64,000 nt of DNA. It comes from an uncultured Pseudomonadota bacterium. GTDB taxonomy: Bacteria; Pseudomonadota; Alphaproteobacteria; Rs-D84. The DNA lies in assembly GCA_902801125.1 (NCBI GenBank), contig CADCGT010000002.1, forward strand, positions 7,157 through 71,156. The letters are read 5' to 3'. Of the stretch, positions 29,941-37,700 are shown one piece after another. The translations under genes were made by a program, and so were the position numbers. Under the pieces are notes generated by a model. That model worked only from the letters and a program-made list of their open reading frames with translations, made no database searches and had not been told where the DNA came from. How positions within the stretch are numbered: position 1 is the first letter of the stretch; each line of letters starts with the position of its first letter.

Positions 29941-29961
29941 ACAATATGAAAGGAAAATAAA

Positions 29962-30729
29962 ATGATGGATAAAACAAATTCAAAAACAATTCCAACACCA
30001 TTGTTCGAGGCATCTACGGCATACAAACGTCTGTGTGGCTTGCAATGTGATATTAAAAACAATGATGTATATGGGCTTTATGTTTATATGCGTGGCGATG
30101 GGGTCGCGTTGGTGCAAGACAAAGATACCGATTTAGGGGTTGAACAATATCATTTGGCCAATGGGGATTATTGCGACAAATATTACAATTTATTGTGCCA
30201 GGTCAAAGATTATGAAAATTTTTTGATTTCCGAGGTTAATGAAAACGCCAAAATAGCCAGCATTATGCCCAAAAATATTGATATATTTAACAAAGGATAT
30301 AACCCCAATGAAACAACATCGTGGCGCAGGTCGCGTTGCATTTTTCGATTTGGCAACCCACAAATGGTGCCATTGAATGTATTTGGCGGATACAATCCGA
30401 TAGTTATACAAAAAGATAGTGCCGATTTGATCGGGATTGGCGAATGTGTTCCTGTATTCAAAACGGTCATAGTTTGTAAAAACCAACCGGATTATTATGT
30501 GTATTTGATAAAATTGATTGATTCCATTCATGCCGGGGCCGGCACTTATGCAAAACGCCCCTGTATTCACATTTCGTTATTTGATAACAGGGAAAATGCG
30601 GATGCATACAAAGAATATATGGACTCGGAATCTGAAAAATTTCAAAACTATCCGATGTATCCGGACATTGAAAAACAGTGTTATCCCGCCCTGCAACGGT
30701 TCGATAAATATATGGGCAAATCGCGGTAA
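29962..30729 (+). CDS. Orphan operon gene 8, hypothetical protein
   Basis: RBS GAAAGGAAAATAAAATG. Confidence 0.45.
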   Translation: MMDKTNSKTIPTPLFEASTAYKRLCGLQCDIKNNDVYGLYVYMRGDGVALVQDKDTDLGVEQYHLANGDYCDKYYNLLCQVKDYENFLISEVNENAKIASIMPKNIDIFNKGYNPNETTSWRRSRCIFRFGNPQMVPLNVFGGYNPIVIQKDSADLIGIGECVPVFKTVIVCKNQPDYYVYLIKLIDSIHAGAGTYAKRPCIHISLFDNRENADAYKEYMDSESEKFQNYPMYPDIEKQCYPALQRFDKYMGKSR

Positions 30730-30742
30730 AAGGAAAACAAAA

Positions 30743-31495
30743 ATGGCAGAAGCTGCAAAGAAATTCTTGGAACAATATGGGCTGGACAAATTGCCACGAA
30801 TTGACGGTAATTACGCAAAGTTTCGGGGCAAATACGTCTTTATGTTGCACGATTATGCACCAATATCTCAATCGATACTGCATGGCGGTAGCGGTAGAAT
30901 TGGTGTTAAACGCATGGAAAATTTTTGGTCCTTGGTGGCGAACGGTGCACGCGTGGTGGATGGCATATTTATCTCCACCCCATGGTCAATCGAAGACCCT
31001 TTTCAAAGACGTTTGGGAGAACCAAAAAAAATAGATACAAATTATGTGATATATACTATGAAAGCTATCAAGAATGATAATTGGATTGATGTGCCACATG
31101 GATTTGCGAAAGACCCATACGATAAGACCTTTATGAAACACATGCGGGATGGCGACCGTGCAACATTAGAAAACATAATTATTCATGAACGGGATAAAGA
31201 AGGTTGGTGGGATTTTAACGAACGAAAAAAGTGGTGGGATTACGAAAAATCCAAGATCAAATCAGCACTGTTATTAGATGGTTTTGATGTGTTTGTTTGG
31301 GCAACGACTTTGTTGGATGTTGACCCAAAGGCAACACTTAACCTTTTGCGTTATGCTAGCACAAAAATGCCATGTTTCCTGGATTCTGGTTTTGAACATT
31401 ATTATGATGACAACAGTCAATGTGAACCATATATTCCTAACAAAGTCAGGGTAACCGTATATCTTGGTACAGAAATTGTGGACCAAAGTCGTTGA
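30743..31495 (+). CDS. Orphan operon gene 9, hypothetical protein
   Basis: Start chosen at MAEAAKKF with RBS AAAAGGAAAACAAAAATG. The longer track ORF (30518) overlaps gene 8. Confidence 0.45.
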   Translation: MAEAAKKFLEQYGLDKLPRIDGNYAKFRGKYVFMLHDYAPISQSILHGGSGRIGVKRMENFWSLVANGARVVDGIFISTPWSIEDPFQRRLGEPKKIDTNYVIYTMKAIKNDNWIDVPHGFAKDPYDKTFMKHMRDGDRATLENIIIHERDKEGWWDFNERKKWWDYEKSKIKSALLLDGFDVFVWATTLLDVDPKATLNLLRYASTKMPCFLDSGFEHYYDDNSQCEPYIPNKVRVTVYLGTEIVDQSR

Positions 31496-31521
31496 TTTTT
31501 AACAACAAAAAAGAGATAAAA

Positions 31522-31803
31522 ATGGCAAAAGAAATTGAAATGGAACCTTTGTATGAACGGGATTATAATTTGCCCCAAGACACATATGTTTGTTCGGCTA
31601 CTGGGTTGGTATGTGAAAAGGTATCACAACATTTTCGTGAATATCGTGCATTTATAGAACACTTGTCTGAAACAAATGATAACAGATTATTTTTACAAGG
31701 TGAACCAAATTTGTGTATTGATCCGGATTATTTTGGTCGTTGCACTGTTTATGATAATGTTATGAAAAAAGTTGCCGAGCTCGCCAAAAACAAAGGTCGT
31801 TAA
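31522..31803 (+). CDS. Orphan operon gene 10, hypothetical small Cys-containing protein
   Basis: Start at MAKEIEME with RBS AAAGAGATAAAAATG. Confidence 0.4.
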   Translation: MAKEIEMEPLYERDYNLPQDTYVCSATGLVCEKVSQHFREYRAFIEHLSETNDNRLFLQGEPNLCIDPDYFGRCTVYDNVMKKVAELAKNKGR

Positions 31804-31838
31804 AAATCCTATCCTTTACACCGATTTTATGATATAAT

Positions 31839-31863
31839 TCTCCTGTTATCACAGGAGATTTTT
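31839..31863 (+). terminator. Rho-independent terminator whose 3' arm supplies the SD for the next gene
   Basis: TCTCCTGT-tatc-ACAGGAGA followed by TTTTT, then ATG at 31864. AGGAGA sits 5 nt before the ATG. Confidence 0.55.
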
Positions 31864-32154
31864 ATGAAAGAAATAATTGCTTATGCATTTTTATCTGTTT
31901 ATACCATTTTGGAATTTGTTGCCTATATTCCCCAGATTATCAAGATATTAAAGACCCGGCATGCCGATGATTTAAGTTTAACATCTTGGTTCGTATGGAT
32001 TACAACCGATTTGTCTTATTTGGGGTATGTTCTGTTGGAAACACCAGAGGTTGGTGTGATATTTATCGCCACACTAGATTTGGTATTTATTGTGACCGTA
32101 TTCTTGCTAACCGCATATTATCAAAAACACAACAAACGTAAAAAAAGATGCTAG
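31864..32154 (+). CDS. PQ-loop / SemiSWEET-like small membrane transporter
   Basis: 96 aa, three predicted TM helices, YIPQIIKILKTRHADDLS (PQ-loop motif). Confidence 0.55.
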   Translation: MKEIIAYAFLSVYTILEFVAYIPQIIKILKTRHADDLSLTSWFVWITTDLSYLGYVLLETPEVGVIFIATLDLVFIVTVFLLTAYYQKHNKRKKRC

Positions 32155-32161
32155 CACTAAA

Positions 32162-32187
32162 AAAATCCCCGCATTTGCGGGGATTTT
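32162..32187. terminator. Bidirectional rho-independent terminator
   Basis: AAAATCCCCGC-attt-GCGGGGATTTT. Confidence 0.7.
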
Positions 32188-32201
32188 GAAATACGCAAAA
32201 A

Positions 32202-32600
32202 TTATTTTGCTTCTTTTGCGACCTTTTCGTTCGCGGTTGCGGACAAATCTTCCACAATACGCGCCTTTTTACCGGACAGTTTGCGCAAAAAGAACAATTT
32301 TGCACGACGCACACGGCCGATACGAACCTTTTCTATTTTTTCGATTGCCGGGCTGTACAGCGGGAATTTGCGTTCTACACCCACGCCATAGGATTCACGA
32401 CGAACGGTGAAAGACGCGGTATTACCCATACCACCATCACGTGCAATAACAACACCTTCGAATAACTGAATACGGAATTTGTCGCCATCTTTGATTTTTA
32501 CATGCACGCGCAGTGTATCACCGGCCTTGAAATTCGGGATTGTTTTACCCGCACGCATTTTTTCAACATTTTGTTGTTCTATTTTTTTTACAATGTTCAT
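32202..32600 (-). CDS. rplS: 50S ribosomal protein L19
   Basis: [41 protein letters not shown]... Confidence 0.95.
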   Translation of the reverse strand: MNIVKKIEQQNVEKMRAGKTIPNFKAGDTLRVHVKIKDGDKFRIQLFEGVVIARDGGMGNTASFTVRRESYGVGVERKFPLYSPAIEKIEKVRIGRVRRAKLFFLRKLSGKKARIVEDLSATANEKVAKEAK

Positions 32601-33286
32601 TTTTTTGTTTCCTTTATTAAGTCCGGACGTCTTTGTTTGGTTATTGCGTCCGATTGTTGTTTCCGCCACCGTTCTATATTGCCGTGGTGACCGGACAGCA
32701 GGACTTCTGGGACACTTTGTCCACGCCATACTGACGGGCGGGTGTATAACGGCCATTCCAGCCCCCCGATTTCGAAACTTTCATTTGCGGTGGCATCAAC
32801 CCCACCACCGACGACATTATCAACCAAGCGAACGCAACTGTCAACAAAAACTTGCGCGGCAATTTCGCCACCCGAAAGGATGTAATCGCCGATTGATAAT
32901 TCCATAATATTATACGCGTCAATGACCCTTTGGTCAATTCCTTCGTACCGACCACAGAGCAGGGTATACACCGCATCATCCGGATTCTTTGCAAATTCAC
33001 GCACCATTTTTTGCGAAAGCCTTGGCCCGCGTGGCGAAAAGTATATAATTTGCCCCGGGTTTTTAATTGAATCAATCGCATCGCCCAACACATCGGGGCG
33101 CATAACCATGCCCGCGCCACCGCCGAATTGCGCGTCATCGACACTGCCGTAATCATTTATGGCAAAATCGCGAATATTTATCACATCATAAGACCAAATT
33201 CCGTTTTCCAACGCGCGCCCAACCACCCCGGCACCAAGTGTGCCCGGAAACATTTCTGGGAAAACGGTCAGTATATGAAAGTGCAT
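32597..33286 (-). CDS. trmD: tRNA (guanine37-N1)-methyltransferase
   Basis: [13 protein letters not shown]...; [13 protein letters not shown]; 4-nt overlap with rplS. Confidence 0.95.
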   Translation of the reverse strand: MHFHILTVFPEMFPGTLGAGVVGRALENGIWSYDVINIRDFAINDYGSVDDAQFGGGAGMVMRPDVLGDAIDSIKNPGQIIYFSPRGPRLSQKMVREFAKNPDDAVYTLLCGRYEGIDQRVIDAYNIMELSIGDYILSGGEIAAQVFVDSCVRLVDNVVGGGVDATANESFEIGGLEWPLYTRPSVWRGQSVPEVLLSGHHGNIERWRKQQSDAITKQRRPDLIKETKK

Positions 33287-33287
33287 T

Positions 33288-33458
33288 TTATCTTTGTTTT
33301 TGTTGCAATTGACGCCAACATTTGATGCATGTTTCACATATTTCTGCGTTGGTTTTTTCTTCCATTTCTGCCTGAACCGCCGGGCATTCGCTCAACGACA
33401 AACATTTTTTATTAGAACCTGTAAGTATTGAATAAATAACTTCTTTGAAAACGCCCAT
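33288..33458 (-). CDS. Candidate small Cys-rich ORF (56 aa) between rimM and trmD, not in the ORF track
   Basis: Minus-strand ATG at 33458 with GGAG 7 nt upstream. Translation MGVFKEVIYSILTGSNKKCLSLSECPAVQAEMEEKTNAEICETCIKCWRQLQQKQR (C-x5-C...C-x2-C-x2-C). Stop overlaps the trmD start (TAAAATG). Confidence 0.3.
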   Translation of the reverse strand: MGVFKEVIYSILTGSNKKCLSLSECPAVQAEMEEKTNAEICETCIKCWRQLQQKQR

Positions 33459-33461
33459 TTT

Positions 33462-33926
33462 TTACTCCGTATAAATTATGTTCGAATCGAAATCAACCGT
33501 TGCGCCACGGAAAGAAACCATGTCACCGTTGTCCAGTTCCATAATATCGCCGGCACCAAAGTTTTGAAAGCACACAACGCGTCCCAATATTTCCCCGTCA
33601 CGCACAACCGTCATCCCAACCAGGTCCGCCTGGTAATATTCGCCATCTTGGGCCGCGGGCAAAGAATCGCGCATTATGAACAATTCGGTCCCGCGCAGTG
33701 TTTCCGCCGCATTTCGGTCGGTAATTCCGTCAATTCGTGCAATAATAACATTTGTGTTTGGAACCTTGCGCACAAAGTGAAACGCGGACGCATCGATATT
33801 ATTGCCGAATACCGACAATTTTTTGAAATCGTCCGGTGCGGCGGTAAAGGCCTGAACGCGCACTTCGCCCCGTATTCCCTGGGCTGCGACGATTTTTCCA
33901 ACCAAGATTTGTTTATTGTTTTTCAC
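33462..33926 (-). CDS. rimM: Ribosome maturation factor RimM
   Basis: ILVGKIVAAQGIRGEVRVQAFTAAPDDF (RimM N-terminal beta-barrel) and the PRC-barrel C-terminus. Confidence 0.85.
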   Translation of the reverse strand: MKNNKQILVGKIVAAQGIRGEVRVQAFTAAPDDFKKLSVFGNNIDASAFHFVRKVPNTNVIIARIDGITDRNAAETLRGTELFIMRDSLPAAQDGEYYQADLVGMTVVRDGEILGRVVCFQNFGAGDIMELDNGDMVSFRGATVDFDSNIIYTE

Positions 33927-34185
33927 GGTGCTTTTTCTTTAACCAGGTTTTATATCGGGCACAATCAAACCCTTCTTTGTTTATGTTCGGGCATTCGGCA
34001 AAGAAATCTTTGCCGGGCGACACAAACATACTTTCCCGAAAACGTATGCTCAAACTTTCGGCCAATTTTTTGCGTGCATCCAATTCGTATTGGAATTCGG
34101 GGCAATGCGCCCGATCATACGGGCAAATATGGTCGCGAATTTGTTCTGGGGTTGGGTCCGACATATCAAAATCCTTATCGTTCAT
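33913..34185 (-). CDS. Hypothetical Cys-rich small protein inserted between rpsP and rimM
   Basis: HICPYDRAHCPEF...ECPNINKEGFDCARY. Overlaps the rimM start. Confidence 0.4.
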   Translation of the reverse strand: MNDKDFDMSDPTPEQIRDHICPYDRAHCPEFQYELDARKKLAESLSIRFRESMFVSPGKDFFAECPNINKEGFDCARYKTWLKKKHREKQ

Positions 34186-34423
34186 GCACGCCGGGCATTT
34201 TTAACAATGTTTCCCGGATGGCCAGCAAGTAATCCAGTTCATCAATACGGTTTTTGTGTGCATATTGCATCATAGGCCAAAGGTTTATAAAATAACTATC
34301 GCGCATAATACGACCAAAATCAACATCATCGAATTTGACAGAATCAAATACGAATCCCAACGCCTTTTGACGCAGGCGCGACGGATATTCATGATATGGT
34401 TGCCTATGCGCGATGTTATTCAT
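34175..34423 (-). CDS. Hypothetical small protein inserted between rpsP and rimM
   Basis: 82-aa ORF on the operon strand, 14 nt from the rpsP stop. Confidence 0.4.
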   Translation of the reverse strand: MNNIAHRQPYHEYPSRLRQKALGFVFDSVKFDDVDFGRIMRDSYFINLWPMMQYAHKNRIDELDYLLAIRETLLKMPGVHER

Positions 34424-34436
34424 ATTTCAAACCCAA

Positions 34437-34874
34437 TTATTCTGCCGCTGCGTCACTGGCCGGGGCTTCTGCGGGTGCTTCGGCTGCGGCTTTGGCGGCT
34501 TCTTCTGCCTTGGCTTTTTCTTCGGCTAACTTGGCCAATTTATCGGCTTTGTCTTTAATTTTCTGTAAAGTTTTTTCGCTTTGCAGGTTTTTCTTGGTCT
34601 GGTTCGGCACAACGCGTTTCGCGACCAATCCGGCGTTGGCAAGGAAACGATACACACGGTCAGACGGCTTTGCGCCCTTGGCCATCCAAGCCTTGATTTC
34701 ATCGATTTTCAAAATAACGCGTTTTTCATTATCGCGTGCCAACATTGGGTCATATTTACCAACGACTTCCAGGACATTACCGGAATTACGCGCCACACGT
34801 GAATCGACCACAACGATGTGGTAATACGGGCGTTTTTTTGCACCATGACGTGCCAAACGAATAACAGTTGCCAT
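34437..34874 (-). CDS. rpsP: 30S ribosomal protein S16 with Ala/Lys-rich C-terminal extension
   Basis: MATVIRLARHGAKKRPYYHIVVVDSRVARNSG... Confidence 0.95.
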   Translation of the reverse strand: MATVIRLARHGAKKRPYYHIVVVDSRVARNSGNVLEVVGKYDPMLARDNEKRVILKIDEIKAWMAKGAKPSDRVYRFLANAGLVAKRVVPNQTKKNLQSEKTLQKIKDKADKLAKLAEEKAKAEEAAKAAAEAPAEAPASDAAAE

Positions 34875-35062
34875 ATTTGCTCCTTTTGGGTTTGTTAAAA
34901 CTGTTTTTTATCCACAAAGAAAACCGCCATCAAGGGTGAAACTCACCGGATGATGTTCCTTGTGCATACCGCACACAGGTTTTATTCAAATGGCAATCTT
35001 TGGGATTTGCGCGTCCATTATGCGCCACAAATATTAAAAAGTCAAGTATTTTCACAAATAAT

Positions 35063-35089
35063 GCGGGGCGAATTCCCCGCACACTAACC
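35063..35089. repeat. GC hairpin GCGGGGC-gaatt-CCCCGC followed by CACTAACC, the same module as at 44078-44108
   Basis: Direct comparison of the two loci. Confidence 0.5.
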
Positions 35090-35127
35090 CATTGTCGCGA
35101 CGGAGCACACAAAATGTGCGTAGACGG

Positions 35128-35150
35128 AACTAACACTAACCACTAACACT
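35128..35150 (-). repeat. Tandem hexamer repeats AACTAAC ACTAAC CACTAAC ACT (reverse complement of TTAGTG repeats)
   Basis: Direct reading. Sits immediately 5' of the leader promoter -35 element. Confidence 0.6.
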
Positions 35151-35156
35151 TTTCCC

Positions 35157-35186
35157 TTGACGCCGAATCGTGTTTTTTGTTAGAAT
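35157..35186 (+). promoter_or_regulatory. sigma70-like promoter TTGACG-N18-TAGAAT (leader copy 2)
   Basis: Aligned with the 2752-2780 copy, including the CCCTTGAC box. Confidence 0.4.
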
Positions 35187-35437
35187 GTGTTTGAACCAAT
35201 GGGAAACCATTCTCGGTTCGGGCTGTCGTAGGCCCACATCTTGGACGGCACGCAATTTTTTTGGGTGTGCCAAATACCCCGCCTGTCGGGGTGCCGATGG
35301 TTATAATGCGCTGTCAAAAGGCCTATCGGAATCAAATTCCAAGATGTGATTTACGAACACCCCGACCGTCATGGATTCCACGACGGTTTATTTATACACA
35401 AAACAATCCCGCACGGGGGGAAGGAGAAAAACAAGCA
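35187..35437 (+). promoter_or_regulatory. Conserved structured 5' leader (copy 2) ending in a hairpin (35365-35387) plus U-rich tract before the RBS
   Basis: Same conserved blocks as 2781-3021. Terminal hairpin ACCGTCatggattccacGACGGT followed by TTTATTTAT. Confidence 0.45.
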
Positions 35438-35986
35438 ATGACAAATCACAAAATTCTATTATTTGGCGCGGTTCTGTCCGCTTTGACAATTGATACATTT
35501 GCGGTGACAAAAACCGTCACGACCCAGGGTTATGTTGATAACGCGGTCGCCACGAAACAGAATAAATTATCGGGTTCATCCGGCTATGCCGTCACATACG
35601 GATCAAGCGCGGGTACAACGGATGAACGGCAAATCGTAACATCACTTGGGTCGGATACGACGGCGACGACATTGCCGACAACGGGTGCGGTTGTGTCGGG
35701 CCTGAACGCGAAACAAAATACATTAAACGGTGCGGCAAACACGGTTATTACATATACCGGCACGGCGGGCGGCACCGGTTCCAAGGGCGTGTACCAGGCA
35801 TCGGGTTCTTACAGTTCCCAGACAAATAGTTTGGCCGAGGCCGGACATGTCAACACGGCGGTTGCGAACGCGTTTAATGAACATTTAACATGCAATACAT
35901 ACGCAACACCCGGGGATACGACCAGTGATTGTTTGCTCTGGAATGTGAACACATTGTCGGGAACATATATGCCGCAAAACCAGTAA
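35438..35986 (+). CDS. Secreted protein, 'KTVTT-YVD / CLLW' family paralog 2
   Basis: Signal peptide MTNHKILLFGAVLSALTIDTFA; AVTKTVTTQGYVDNAVATKQNK; ...SDCLLWNVNTL. RBS GGGGGAAGGAGAAAA. Confidence 0.7.
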   Translation: MTNHKILLFGAVLSALTIDTFAVTKTVTTQGYVDNAVATKQNKLSGSSGYAVTYGSSAGTTDERQIVTSLGSDTTATTLPTTGAVVSGLNAKQNTLNGAANTVITYTGTAGGTGSKGVYQASGSYSSQTNSLAEAGHVNTAVANAFNEHLTCNTYATPGDTTSDCLLWNVNTLSGTYMPQNQ

Positions 35987-36093
35987 GCGTGGCCATGTCA
36001 CCCCGCGGACGCGCGGGGCCCAGTGCGAGCAAAGCGAACACCAGTGTTGGCGCCGGCGTATAAAATGAAAGAGAGAATAAAAGGACAGAGAAT

Positions 36094-37566
36094 ATGAAAC
36101 TATCAAAATACGGTTTTAATGTTGCATTGGTTTTATTATTGGTACCGGGAATCGCCCGTGCAGAAAATCCCGACCTTATGACGCTTATCGGCGCCAGCGG
36201 CGAGGCCGACACATATGCGGCACGTGACAACAATGGGGAGGATACGAACGACAACGCATCAACATACGGATTAAGTTCATCCGACCATAATTCATTTGCG
36301 GTTGATTACGGCAACAGCGGTATCGTACGTGGTCATGGCCGTTGCAGCACGCGTGCGGGCGATTCTGGGACGTGGAATAATGACACATACAATGTAATAT
36401 CCGGTAATTTTGTAGATAGCTTAACCGATGAAACGGGCCAAAGCGGTGCACAATATTGCTATTGCCAATTGGACAGTTATACGGCCTCTGGTGGTTCTGC
36501 CCAGGCTTTGTCTGGCCCGTGGGTGTTCCGCAGTGACGACGAGGACGCGGACACTTGCGCGGACGACTGTGCGCTCGACTGTGCGGATGCCCTGATGTTC
36601 GGCGGCGCGGACGGTCTCGCGTTCCGGGCTGCAATGTTTAATGCCTATGCGCCGGCGGGCGGGGCCAGTGGTGGCAGTGCGGTGACGACACAAACCTATG
36701 TTGATAATAAATTGGCGACAAAACAGGCGCGGATTACCACCACCGGCACAAATAAACTTATGACATACGGTGCATCCACGGGCGCGACCCCGGGTTCGCG
36801 TGATATTGTGACCGCGCTTGGCACATCCACCACCGCAACCACTGTGCCAACGGTTGGCCCAATCGTCACGGCCGTAAATAATAAACAAGACGCGGTCAAC
36901 GGCACAGCGGACTATGTTATGACCGGCACCGGCACGGCCGGCACACTCGGTGAAAAACCGGTCTACAGTGCCAGTGCACAATTGTCGACCGCCCTGGTAA
37001 CCGCCCAGACGATAAATACGGCGGCAATGGACGCGGCCAACAGTGAAATGATGTGTCATTCCTATGTTGCCAACGCATCTCAAACCCCGGAGAATTGCCT
37101 GCTGTGGGAAATAAAACAAAGTATTTCTAAACCGTTGCAATCGTATTGGCAAAATCCGTCGACACCATACACAAGTTCTTGTTATCGTAAGGCATATGGT
37201 AATTATACAGAAGGCGGTATAGCACGTAATGATCAGAATGGTAATTGTAGCAGTGCAACTGTATCGTATCTTGGGGCATTGAACAACAAAAGTGGTAAAT
37301 GGGGCACTGTTTTCCCATATGGTGATATAAGCGGTGTAAGTAAATGTGTTAATTATATTGCCAATCCTGGTATTGCGACAGATGAGCAAATTAATTCGCA
37401 GTCTACGGGCGGGGTTTGTTGGTGCAAGATGCAAAATCCGATAGTTTCAAAATGGGCGATCGGCATGAGTTATGGAAATCTTACCAATTGTAATAAGGTA
37501 TGTGCAGGGACGTGCGCCGCACTTCAACCATCGTATAGAGAAGTTATGTACAGCACAATAGAATAA
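36094..37566 (+). CDS. Secreted protein, 'KTVTT-YVD / CLLW' family paralog 3 with extra N- and C-terminal Cys-rich domains
   Basis: Signal peptide MKLSKYGFNVALVLLLVPGIARA. Internal VTTQTYVDNKLATKQARI...PENCLLWEIKQ domain alignable to paralogs 1 and 2. Confidence 0.7.
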   Translation: MKLSKYGFNVALVLLLVPGIARAENPDLMTLIGASGEADTYAARDNNGEDTNDNASTYGLSSSDHNSFAVDYGNSGIVRGHGRCSTRAGDSGTWNNDTYNVISGNFVDSLTDETGQSGAQYCYCQLDSYTASGGSAQALSGPWVFRSDDEDADTCADDCALDCADALMFGGADGLAFRAAMFNAYAPAGGASGGSAVTTQTYVDNKLATKQARITTTGTNKLMTYGASTGATPGSRDIVTALGTSTTATTVPTVGPIVTAVNNKQDAVNGTADYVMTGTGTAGTLGEKPVYSASAQLSTALVTAQTINTAAMDAANSEMMCHSYVANASQTPENCLLWEIKQSISKPLQSYWQNPSTPYTSSCYRKAYGNYTEGGIARNDQNGNCSSATVSYLGALNNKSGKWGTVFPYGDISGVSKCVNYIANPGIATDEQINSQSTGGVCWCKMQNPIVSKWAIGMSYGNLTNCNKVCAGTCAALQPSYREVMYSTIE

Positions 37567-37651
37567 TGTTTGTTATTGTACAATATAACCCTGCAAATGC
37601 GGGGTGTTTTTATGAAATAATTGCCGTGAATACTGCGCCGTGGTGACAATT

Positions 37652-37680
37652 AAAAAGGTTGCCAAACGCAACCTTTTTTA
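37652..37680. terminator. Bidirectional rho-independent terminator between paralog 3 and gdhA
   Basis: AAAAAGGTTGC-caaac-GCAACCTTTTTTA. Confidence 0.65.
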
Positions 37681-37682
37681 AT

Positions 37683-37700
37683 ACTAACACTAATCACTAA
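37683..37700 (-). repeat. Tandem hexamer repeats ACTAAC ACTAAT CACTAA immediately 3' of the gdhA stop
   Basis: Direct reading. Confidence 0.55.

Noticed and set aside
30518-30742. Extended N-terminus of ORF 30518-31495 overlapping the preceding gene by 210 nt
   Set aside because: An internal ATG at 30743 has the same A-rich SD and spacing as every other gene in the operon and removes the overlap. The shorter model was adopted.
25857-31803. Prophage interpretation of the 10-gene orphan operon
   Set aside because: No integrase, terminase, portal, capsid or tail genes, no att-like direct repeats, and no adjacent tRNA. Phage origin of individual genes remains possible but a prophage is not supported.
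32150-32160. 'GCTAGCACTAA' at the SemiSWEET stop as another member of the hexamer-repeat family
   Set aside because: This is a single partial match overlapping a stop codon with no tandem copies. Likely coincidental.
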